A stretch of 64,000 nucleotides of DNA from Octopus sinensis. Lineage: Eukaryota. Under the pieces are notes generated by a model. The model was not told the DNA's origin. It ran no database searches and was given only the letters and a program-made list of their open reading frames with translations. The stretch is taken from NCBI RefSeq assembly GCF_006345805.1, contig NC_043001.1, forward strand, positions 3,038,001 through 3,102,000, read 5' to 3'. Made by a program: the position numbers and the translations under genes. Positions 52,841-64,000 of this stretch are shown here, in pieces. Position 1 is the first letter of the stretch. Every line of letters starts with the position of its first letter.

Positions 52841-54200
52841 AATATGTCTGGCTTTGAGAAATATTATCTTTCTGAATGTTACCTTTTGTGGAAAGAGGTG
52901 AGTTTTGGCAACAGGAAGAGTATTTGGTCAGAGAAAAATTCTAACCCAATAAGTTGCCTTACTCATTGCAAGTATGGACAATTGAACATTACATGATGAA
53001 GATGATGATGATGATATATATATATATATATATATATATTGATCTACATTTTAAAACTGATGTAATATTTTCATTGTTCAATTAAATGGAGTCGCATGAA
53101 ACGATCGTACTGCATTACCTCTGGATATCCTTGTTGCTTATTTTGATTGTAATCACCCCATTTTGAATTATATGGATAATACCATACCAAATTCTGGTGC
53201 CTTTTACTTAAGTACCATATTCAACTGAATCTGAATTTTATTGAACTTATATATATATATATATATATATATATCATGTGAGCCATTAATTTCTTGATGT
53301 TTGCTTTCGGTGTTTGCTTAAGCAAGGAAGAATTAGTTGAGAGTGATTTTTCTCTGTCACACTCTTCAAACCTTCCTTGATGGAAGAGCTGAATCACCCC
53401 CAGAGTTGCTTCAGCGCCTCATGAAACATTGATTCTTCCTGTATTTGGAGAGAAAGTACAGCAGCACCCCTCAACCTAAATCAATTGATCACTTGACCCT
53501 AAATCACATGATCAATATATATTTCAATCGCAACCATGACATATTCAAACCCATTCTCTATATTTAACACAATGCAGTTCCCCAGAGATATTTCCCATCA
53601 GCCATATTCATTACAGAATACACTTTCCCAGTTTCCACGTAATAGAAATTAAAGAACCACACAGGATATTTGAAGAAGCAACTCGTTAATTGATCAGCTA
53701 TACCTGTACTTAATGTTAATTATATCTTTATTCCTGATTCTACTTCCTCTGTCATTAAGTAGTTCATAAATTCAACCCACCATCATATATTATAGGTTGT
53801 TTCCATTAGGCTGCATCACCTTAAAGCCAGCTATATATTACGTTTATCATCCATTTCAAATCTTTAATCTATACACACAGCTTCAAGTGCTAATTTGTTT
53901 CGACACTTTAGCTTGACGATAAGTCATACTTTTAAATCCATAATGTCAAAATATTTCCATATCAGTCAAATCTCTATCAATCTATGTCTATCTCTGAAAA
54001 TATCAGGATCATGTGTGTGTGTGTGTGTGTGTGCAGGTGCACGTGTCTGTGTGTATGCATGTGTAGTGCAAGAATGGATGTAATGTTTACTTCATAGAAT
54101 TCTGTTTTTGGATTTCATCTCATTGCATACTCTGTGAGAAAGATTTTTCTTCTCTGACCTCAGCCTGATCAATGAAGTGTGTTCAAGACTATATAGAAAT

Positions 54201-54274
<74 letters not shown>

Positions 54275-54900
54275 GGAAAAAAACAAAAGACGAAGACAGG
54301 TGGTGCACAAAACAAACAGATGTATTAGTATAATGCTCAGGAATAGAAAAAGTCTTTTGCATTTCGAGCCTACACTCTTCTACAGAAAGGGACACAGAAA
54401 AAACAAGGAGAGAAAAAAATGTGTGTGTGTACATATATACATGCATACACACACATACATATATACATATATATATGTAAAAATGAGACAAGAATACAAA
54501 AAATGAGACAAGAATGCAAAACAGCCAGACAGTTAGATGATACAATAAAGGGACAAGAAAAAACAAGAACGGGTCATTTGGTGTTTTCTTTCCTCAGTTG
54601 AGTTCCAGGTTATTTTTGCAATTTTGGCTGGTTATACTTGAGATTGCTCCAATCTGGCCAGCCTCAAGGAAAAACTAAGCTAAGAGCACTAGATTCCTTG
54701 GAAGAAGGCAGTGAATGTATATGAAAACAAGGATGGAAAAAAAAACAGAGAAATGGTACACAAGTACAAATGTAAATAGGTGTCTTTCAACTAAGGAGGA
54801 ATTAAATTAAGCTGGCATGTGTGAAAGTGAAGCCTCATGGCAGGGACATAAGTGATGACAGGCATGGGGAGGAATATAGATGTTGCACGGATGGTAGATG
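54275..54900 (-). mobile_element. Possible Penelope-like element fragment with a degenerate hammerhead motif
   Basis: Minus strand CTTT-CTGTAGA-A-GAGT(GTAG)GCTC-GAAA-TGCA-AAAG at 54352-54390; element abuts (TA)n; the Penelope assignment is from overall resemblance only. Confidence 0.35.
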
Positions 54901-55969
54901 AACCAAAAAAAGAAAGGTCAGGCTTGGTGGAACACTGGTCACGTGGAGAGAGAGAGGAGAGACAGGTAGAGGCACAGGGATAGAAGAAAATATGGAGGGA
55001 CGAGAAAAAAAGAAAAGGGACAGAGTGAAGTGAAAGAGGAGGGAAGGTGAGAATGAAGAGAAAGCCAGGAAATGTGAGAGAGGGGGAACGAAAGAAAGGA
55101 GAGTGGAAAGAACGAAGTAAGTGTGTAGGGTCTGATAGAAAGAATGAAAAAAATGAAAGAATAAGAGTTGTACAAAATTTATATATATATATATGTAACT
55201 ACATATAAGAGACCAAAGTATATATATATATCATCATCATCATCATCATTATCCTCATCATCATCGTTTAATGCTAGCATGGGTTGGGCAGTTTAACAGG
55301 AGCTGGCCAGGCAGAAGACTGCACCAGGGTTCAGTGTTGGTTTTGGTATGATTTTTACTTTAGGTCTGGATGCTCTTCCTGACACCAACCATTCTGCAGA
55401 GTGGACTCAGTGCTTTTCACATGGCACCAGCACTGGCAGGGTCACCAAGGAACTTGCAAGACAAAGAGGAATCTTTGAGGTGGGAGGGGACATTGGAGGA
55501 AGGGATCTTGTATCAGATGATGAAAGATTAGAGTGTGACAGAGAGACAGAAACAGATTTCTTGCTGTAAAGAAGGTACATGGTTACCTGGCCAGAGAGAG
55601 AGAGGGAGGGAGAGAATGAGGGCAGAAATAGGTGTGCTGTTGTAGAGGAGATACATGGCTACCCAGCCAGAGAGAAGAGAAAAGGAGAGAGAGAGAGAAA
55701 GAAAGAGAAAGAGTGGGAGACAGTAAGAGTGCAAGAGAGAGCAGGAGAGAGATGGTGGTGAAGTGCCTGGGTATACTTATAAGGAAAGGGAATCAGAGCA
55801 TAGGTGAGATGGTAGAATTAGGAAGAGGGAGATAAAGGGTGGCAGGTGCCAGGGCATAGCCTCAAAGTATGGAGGTCGTAATACATGCATAGTAAGTTAT
55901 TGCAAAGAATGGTATGAGTATTGAGTCGGGGTGGGAATGCACTGACTGGTGAAAACTTGGGTTTATAGA

Positions 55970-56014
<45 letters not shown>

Positions 56015-56299
56015 AACATACACACATACATACATACATACACACACACACGATGAAGCAGATGTGAGATTAATGATTTAAAGAAATGCAAAGGATCAAC
56101 AACTGAAGGCAGCAACGAAAAGACACTTAACAAAGTTGATATTCACAAGTGAAAAAGAAATATTGTGGATAAAAAACTTCAGAAACCTTTGTTGTGGGAC
56201 ACATGGAAGAATTAGACAAGGAACTCACAGAAAATTCAAGAATGGGAAGGAACTGAGAGTTATCATATAACCATATTGCAAGCAGAATTATATTGGGCA

Positions 56300-56700
56300 A
56301 ATGCGATCAAATTTAATGCACCACATTTGAACAGATTATCAACAAATCAACGATTTAGCATTCAGATGACCTGTGTCAAAGGTTCCAGCATGAGGACCAT
56401 CTACTGCAATGGTTTGCGATTCAAGGGCCCATGGCTACTTAATATTTTGCCAAAATGTTTCAGAGGTATACATGGAGTAGCATTGGATGTTTTCAAGAAA
56501 CAACTCGACCCAGATGAACCTATTTCACAGGAAGAATGTCATAAGAGGGCAGCAATACTGAAGTTCTGTCTTCATTTATAGCTGATGACAAGAGTAGGGC
56601 CATGAAATGACTACACTGGCAGTGACCCCGCTTAGTCACACTCTTTCGACTGAAACACACAAAACAATAAAAGAATGTGTGTCTGTGTGTGTCTATGCAG
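56300..56700 (+). pseudogene. Jockey-group (CR1/L2-like) LINE 3' end
   Basis: MRTIYCNGLRFKGPWLLNILPKCFRGIHGVALDVFKKQLDPDEP matches the C-terminal GP.LFN.LP...R......FK..LD...PDEP pattern. Confidence 0.65.
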
Positions 56701-56749
56701 ATGTGCATGTATCAACATGTTTGAATGATGGTAGGTTAAAGTGAAATAA

Positions 56750-56981
56750 AGGTGGCGAGCTGGCAGAAACGTTAGCACACCAGGTGAAATGTTTAGCAAC
56801 ATTTCGTCTGCCGCTACATTCTAAGTTCAAATTCTGCCGAGGTAAACTTTGCCTTTCATCCTTTCGAGGTCGATTAAATAAGTACCAGTTACGCACTGGG
56901 GTCGATATAATCGACTTAATCCATTTGTCTGTCCTTGTTTGTCCTCTCTGTGTTTAGCCCCTTGTGGGTAGTAAAGAAATA
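56750..56981 (+). mobile_element. SINE family A with 17-bp near-perfect TSD
   Basis: GGTAGGTTAAAGTGAAA (56730-56746) and GGTTGGTTAAAGTGAAA (56982-56998). Confidence 0.9.
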
Positions 56982-57261
56982 GGTTGGTTAAAGTGAAAGA
57001 ACAATTGCTGACATGTCAAACAAACACGGAAGCCTCTTTCTTTTTCCCAGGTGCTGAATAACATATCTCCCTCCCATGTTCTCCCCCAGCGTCCCTTTCC
57101 CAGTTTTCAGGGTGGAATGGTTTGACCAGGCTGGCAAGCTGGAAGGCAGCACCAGATTCCAGTCTCATTTGGCATGTTTGCATTGGTATGGTCATGTACT
57201 AAGGATGGATGAGGAGAGATATGTGAAGAACTACCACTCCCAAACAGTTGAAAATCAAAGA

Positions 57262-57590
57262 AAAAGAAGATATCCATAGACAACTGCTTTGAAATCTCCA
57301 GCTTCTAAATCCAGACTATAAATTCATATTCATACCAACAATAATTGGAGCACTAGGTTTTTGTTAGTAAATGTTTAAAGGAGGATCTGGATAAAGTGGG
57401 ATTTTCAGAAAGAGAAATCGGCTGGAAGATTTGTACATTACAAGTGCAATCTATGAGTGGAACAGTAAAAATATGCAAAACTTTTCTCAAGTTCCAAATG
57501 TGAATTTGTCTGTGTTAACTAAACTCCAAAGATGGAGCCGTGTATCTTTGTTGGAAACCAGCTCCCTCCTCAGTGGAAGATTTCTAATAA
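57262..57590 (+). pseudogene. 3' end of a second REL-endonuclease non-LTR family, preceded by a short RTE fragment (57175-57262)
   Basis: LQLLNPDYKFIFIPTIIGALG...LDKVGFSERE...LQVQSMSGTVKICKTFLKF; upstream LHWYGHVLRMDEER is RTE-like. Confidence 0.6.
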
Positions 57591-57599
57591 TATAGATAT

Positions 57600-57635
<36 letters not shown>

Positions 57636-57637
57636 GC

Positions 57638-57695
<58 letters not shown>

Positions 57696-58139
57696 ATATG
57701 TATGTATATATTTATATATATAAATAAATATATATATATATGCATGTGTATATATATATATATATATATATGTGAATGCATGTATGCATATAGAATAATT
57801 GTGCATGTATTTGTCAGCAGGTAAAGTTTCAAGGTCCTTGCTGACATTTGTATTGAGAAATAAGAAAAAGAAAAGCTATTTCCGGTAATTAAAGACATTT
57901 TATCTCAGACTTCTTCCAAAATTATGGATTGCCAACCTTGAAATAAACAGACAATGCTAATGAGGGCTTCATTATAGTGATTAAAGTCAATGTATGGCAG
58001 TTACTGCAAGTTAGCAGATCGATTCTAGGAAAACAAGAGATGAGAAAAGCTGAAAGGATAGAAAGAAAGATAAGGGACGATATATATATATGTATATATA
58101 TGTGTATATACACATATATATATATATATCGGGAAAGGA

Positions 58140-58393
58140 TATACACGTGGACATGCCTACAAAGTCAGAAAACAACACAGCTCCCATGACTTTCGGAAAC
58201 ATTTTTTCACGCTCAGGGTTGCTGAAGCGTGGAATAAACTGCCTGCATCAGTTGTTGACTGCCATGACACTGCATCCTTTAAGGCCCTCATGCTTCCTGA
58301 AATCCGTCGAAACTACACCTGATTATAGATAGACTTTAGATGAGTTGTAGTGCACCTGAGCACTGTACACAATTATTATTATTATTATTATTA
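58140..58393 (+). mobile_element. CR1-like LINE 3' end with (ATT)n tail
   Basis: HDFRKHFFTLRVAEAWNKLPASVVDCHDTASFK, a typical CR1 C-terminus. Confidence 0.8.
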
Positions 58394-58749
58394 TGTGCTA
58401 AAGAGGTAAAGAGATATAAAAAGACAAAAGAGTAAGAGAGAAAGAGAGGGAGAGAAAGAGAGATGGTAGCCATAAATAGCATCAATTTGAGAAGTAACTA
58501 ATGGAAAATTAGCAAATACATGGATATATAAGTAGACAGATTCATGCAAAAATATATGCAAATATATACATGCATGCATATGTATAGTAATAAATATTCA
58601 CACTCTTCTATCTTTCTATCACAAATTTCTACCCCCAACCACCCACCTTTTTTTGTTCCTTTTCAAAAAGAAAAGCTCTATTTTGTATTTTGTCCCCTCT
58701 GTGTTCAGCCCTGTGTGGCCAATAAAGAAACATATCTATCTATCCATCC

Positions 58750-58821
<72 letters not shown>

Positions 58822-59349
58822 GTCTTTCTCTCTGTCTCTCTGTCTATCTGTCTATAGTCATCTACCAAATCCACTCACAAAGCTTTGGTCAGCCCAAGGC
58901 TATAGTAGAAGACACTTGCCCAAGGTATCATACAGTGGGACTGAACCCGGAACCATGTGGTTGGTAAGCAAGCTACTTACCACACAGCCACTCCTGCACT
59001 TACATGAAACCAATTTTGAAAGATTATCCCAAAAGAATTATCTTTGATACCAAGCATATGAAAGAAATTTATTTAATAACCTATCTCATAAATACAATAG
59101 TAAATCATTATCACTGAGTGTCTTTAGGGTTATGAAGGAAATTACAAATAATAGCCACATTCTTAGAGGGAGAGATTTGAAATGCAGGCGTGGCTGTGTG
59201 GTAAGACGCTTGCTTCCAAACCATATGGTTCCAAGTTCAGTCCCACTGCATACACTTTGATCAAGTATCATTTACTATATAGCATCCTCAGACCCAAACT
59301 TTGTGGGTGGATTTGGCTGATGGATATTGAAAGACTCTTGTTGTACGTA

Positions 59350-59435
59350 CGTACATACATACATACATACATACATACATACATACATACATACATACAT
59401 ACATACATACATACATACATACATACATACATACA

Positions 59436-59490
<55 letters not shown>
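59350..59490. repeat. (TACA)n(TA)n microsatellite inside a SINE B remnant
   Basis: Visible tandem repeat following GGATATTGAAAGACTC. Confidence 0.93.
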
Positions 59491-59493
<3 letters not shown>

Positions 59494-59637
59494 ATAGTCA
59501 CTAATTGTAACTGAGGGTGCTGGATAGCACCTGTATTGCTAGAAATAAGTGTTAACACCCTTAAAGCTGCATAAACGCACATTTATATACACCGACAGGG
59601 GAGATAACCAACCCATGAGCAAACCTGAAAGCCCTCA

Positions 59638-59671
59638 GACTAGTTTCACCTTTTAATTGCAGACTCATCAG
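59638..59671 (-). ncRNA. Minimal hammerhead-like motif, helix I degenerate
   Basis: CUGAUGA-GUCU(GCAAUUAAA)AGGU-GAAAC-UA-GUC with palindromic ACUAGU helix III. Confidence 0.35.
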
Positions 59672-62449
59672 CAGTCTCTACCCCATCACACACGTATATG
59701 AGTGTGTGTCTTTTTGTCTGTCTTTCCCCTCCCCCACCATTTCACAACTGGTGCTGGATTGTTTACATCCCTGTCAAAGTGGTTTTGGAAAAAATCGATT
59801 GATAGAATAAGTGCCTGGCTTTAAAAGAAAATATAGAGTGGGATCGATTCATTCAACTGAAAAGTCCTTCAAGGTGGTGCTGCAGCATGGCCGTAGTCTA
59901 ATTACTCAAAGAAATGCAAAAATATAATGGTACAATCCCACTTATAATTTCAAGCCAAGAATTTGTACCAAGAGAGAGAGAGAGTGTTCCTAAATGTTGT
60001 ATAAAAACAACCAAACAGGATTTTTGCAAATAACCCAATATTAAGATAGTAAGTTTGGATCTACCATCAACAAAACTTATATTTTCTGTTGTTTCCAATT
60101 TGATTCAATTACAGTTGTATGAACTCTGGCACATGTCCTTTAAATGATAGATGTTTAACAAACTTTATTACACTAAAGCATCATCTATAAGGAGTCTGTT
60201 ATTAAAGAAGATAATGCTTTATGCGGAATCCCCTTTAAATTGAGGTATAACTAACACACAAATTCAGAACTTCGACCCTACCAGCTGATTCTATTTTATT
60301 GAAATAAGTTTCCTGTTTTACAAGAAATAGCTATTACAACATTTTATAATTGTTTCATGTCTTCAGTTTGAATACCTTACCATTATCTTTCACTTGGCTC
60401 CACCATTTAGAAGATTTTACCCAGAAACATTTTAAAAACTTTCTTCATCTCTCCTCACTTCTTTTCTGATTGTTTCTCTTATTAGCAATTGCTAGATTGT
60501 AAACAAATTGCTATATAAGTCGTCTTCGAAACAACATCACACACAAAAACCTTTACTTTTATACATCTCTTTTATCTACATTCACTCTCCCAGCATCTTT
60601 TAATCCATTACATTACTGATACAAATGTTTCTTTTTTTTAATTTATTGCTTTTTATATTTCTACTTGTTTTAGTTCTCTTTCTTCTTCTTCTTCCACTGC
60701 TGCCACCGTTCCTCTTCGTCTTTGCTTTATGCACATGTTGGCTTTTACAGTTTTCTTATTTTCTTTCTTGATTTTTCTCGCTTTATGTCCATTATTTTTA
60801 ACAGTAAGGCAGTTATGTATATTATCAGTTATGTACATGGCTGAAGGATAAAGGATAAAAAGAAAGAAATTTGTCATATTTACTATTTTATAATAAAGAA
60901 TGAATAGTCACTCAGAATAATGTATTGAGTCCTTACAATTTTGAGTACCATCATATGTAATTTTTGCATTTATAGTAAATAAATAAAAGCAAAGTTAATG
61001 GCTGATTTTCAATGGACTTGAAATAGGTCAATTGTCCATTAGTTTAGTAACAAAAGTATATCTCCTATCTTGAAGTGCTACTCATATCAAACAAAGATAT
61101 TATTTTATTTTATATCTTGAGCAAGAATATATGGCATATAATATTTTCTTCAGCAAAACTTCTGCTTATCTCATGCAATACATTGAAAATTTTCACAGAC
61201 AAATATTTCTTCTATCTGTCCGACACTCTTTCATATTGTATATTTCTTATCAAAAAGCCATTAGAGTTCTGGGGATATTTTCCACCACCACCACCACCAC
61301 CACCAGCACCACCGCTGCCGCCACTTGCGCTCCGGCCTTTCCAGCCGTGAGTAAAAGTGATGTTAAACCAACATCAATGTTGATGGTGATGACAGTGATG
61401 ACATTCATGGTGATGATGATGATGATGATTGGAAAACTCTGAAGAAAAATTATCAACATAACTTGCAAGAAAGCATTTTGATGTATCTATAAAACCTTTG
61501 CTATGGAATGTGTGATATCTTTCTTTCTGAACGTAGAACTTTACACACAGCAGTTAATAATATAGCATTTTGTTTCTGTAGGTCACTCTTCTAGATACCA
61601 AACAAATCTCTCTCTTGTTTGTTGCCACAAACATTAACAACTTTAGAGAATACCGAACAGAGATTCTTCTTCTTCTTCTTCTTCTAATGTCTCTTCTAGA
61701 TAATCTCCTCCAAATTTAGATAACAATATCAAATTTGCTTTCAAAGAAATTAAAATTATTTTTTTTTCTTTTCTTCTTTTACTTTTATGTGTGTATTATC
61801 ACATTGTGTCCGCCCCCCTCAATATATTGGTGATATGCTTGTTGCAGATAGAAATCCAGTCTTGTGATAATGAGTAGCTTTCAGTAATTCGCTAAGTTTG
61901 ATTTCACTTTACAGCTTAAATTAAGCTGCTTCTTCTGCTCCATTCCTTGTCATCTGATGCATGTTATTGTATTAGAGACTGTTTATGCATGATGTGTTTG
62001 TTGGATGCATATCTTTAACTTACTTGAAATCTTAACAGCCTTCCTATCTCTGAAGATATGCAATTTTAACAACACTATACACTCAAGAATTATTTGCTGT
62101 AAAATAGGATTTATACATTTTTAAAGATATTTTTCCTTTAATTTAAGAAAATGTATTTCGTTTCTTTAGTCAGATTTAATGATCTAAATTTTTCAAGTTA
62201 AATGCTGAGATTTTCCTTTAATTACTGCCAATAAATTAACTCATTGCTATGCAATATTGTATGTGTTATAGAGTACACGTAGTACTTTATTAGATTGTGT
62301 CATAAGGAATAAAGGAAAAAAGTCTTTGTGTGGAAGACTTCAGCACTTAACAAGAGTTTCAATTTTGGTTTGACTGAAGGGAAATAACTCACCCAAGTCA
62401 CAATGCCTCGACTGATAAGGAATGGGATATCACAACTCTACAACAAATA

Positions 62450-63087
62450 CAGGGATTCCTCGACTTGCACGAGTAATTGGGGACGCGCAATTCGAACTTC
62501 GAGCAAGTCGAGTACCAGATATTGCTTTCTATAAATATTTTCCGGGCCATTTGCCAGCTCTGTCTGGCCCCGTGTCGGTGACACGTAAAAGCACCATCCG
62601 TTCGTGTCCGTTGCCAGCATCGCCTGGCCCCGTGCCGGTGACACGTAAAAGCACCATCCGTTCGTGGCCGTTCGCCAGCTCTGTCTGGCACCTGTGCAGG
62701 TGGCACGTAAAAAACACCCACTACACTCGCGGAGTGGTTGGCATTAGGAAGGGCATCCAGCCGTAGAAACACTGCCAGATTTGACTGGGCCTGACGAAGC
62801 CTTCCAGCTTCACAGACCCCAGTTGACCCGTCCAACCCATGCTAGCATGGAAAGCGGATGCTAAATGATGATGATGATGATGATGATAACTGCTAAATAT
62901 TGTTATTTTAAAGAAATACTTGGAGAAAGATAACAGACAAGGCAATGCAACTATGGATAATAAATATTTTTACAACAAGTGCAAGTCGAGAATACAACTT
63001 GCACAACCTGAACACTCAGTATCAAAAGGTGGCTCTTGCAAGTCGAATTTCGTGCAAGTTGAACTCGCGCAAGTCGGGGAATCCCTG
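62450..63087. mobile_element. Tc1/mariner-pogo-type MITE with TA TSD, carrying a nested RTE-tail element (about 62545-62888)
   Basis: TA|CAGGGATTCCTCGACTTGCACGAGT ... ACTCGCGCAAGTCGGGGAATCCCTG|TA (23/25 identical TIRs); several internal GCAAGTCGA repeats. Confidence 0.88.
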
Positions 63088-64000
63088 TAAAATAAAATAA
63101 AAAAAGTTTTGAGATCACAAAAGTTAGAAAATAAGTATTTTTGTTTCCTTTCAAAGATTTTGTCGATTAAAAGGAGTGATGGGCTTGGTAGGACTCAGTG
63201 CAATAATTTCTTTACCTCTCTTATTGAAACAATCTCTCCCTCACCAAATAGTATTGTAGTGGAATAAAGAATAGAGTTGAAAATGAAATTGGGATCAGGA
63301 GCTGATAAGTTCAACTCTGCCAGCTTTTCCATTTCACCTGAGAATATTTAGACTTTAAGAAATCATAGCGTAACAATTCTATGACATGTTTGCCATTCCA
63401 AAAGTTGGTAAACATGTCAATGCATTTCAAATGTTCAGCCGTCTGTACCAAATGATCCCTTCTGTGTGTGACTACATGCATTTTTTAAATAAGATCAGCA
63501 GTAAGAGATATTAGCCAAGGAATCAGAGAAATAACATCTGGAGAAGAGTACCTGAAAATAAGGGAGATGAAAAAGGGTTTTGAAGAGTGCTATTGGTTAC
63601 AGTCAGCTACAGAAATCAGATGTTCAGTGAAGTTCTCAAAACAAGAACATTCTAGAAAGATTCTAGAAGATTTTACGAGTTTTAACTGATAAATAATGGT
63701 CTGCATCTTCTCTAATTTGTTCTTTCATATTTGTCATTTCCTGCTTGTTTGTAAAATGGGATTTTACCTTGAAAATTTCAAGGTTTTGTAGAAAAATCTC
63801 TCAATTCTAAACACAAGATTTGAATTCCAGTATCATTGGGGTTAGTGGTGAAAAATGGCACTAGAAATAGTTCTTTGAAACATCAAACGACAGTGAGAGT
63901 TGACATCTGCACAAGGAAAGTGCAAAAAGTTACTATGAATATTTGAGAACCACCACAAAGTTCTATGTGTTTCTAGATACTGTTTAAGGTTTACAGAATC

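Noticed and set aside
53057-53118. GAAAC-GATC-GTA palindromic helix-III-like motif, with a related copy near 31530-31600
   Set aside because: No CUGAnGA at the required distance in either copy; at most a decayed hammerhead
63767-63905. Minus-strand segment with a strong acceptor and AAG|GTAAAA donor
   Set aside because: All frames closed and no supporting context; shows how easily such pairs arise by chance

Overview
AT-rich, repeat-saturated animal genomic DNA. The SINE/LINE families and microsatellite load look like an octopus-type cephalopod genome (inference, not tested). No host protein-coding gene could be identified with confidence, only a few weak splice-site-bounded candidate exons; almost all ORFs in the supplied track are microsatellite or repeat artefacts. 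Recognisable elements: a young 5'-truncated RTE-clade LINE (49987-52220) with a PHD-type zinc finger inserted inside its RT and a 4x198-bp array in its 3'UTR; a near full-length mariner; three tandem fragments of an R4/Dong-type REL-endonuclease LINE; a decayed Tigger/pogo transposase; CR1-like 3' ends; a non-autonomous Helitron; a TA-flanked MITE; and many copies of two tRNA-headed SINE families plus an RTE-tail short element. The most interesting signals are hammerhead-ribozyme motifs in several unrelated-looking dispersed repeats (best at 14418-14466, minus strand), the PHD-in-RT architecture, and the modular RTE 3'UTR. None is proven novel without searches I cannot run.
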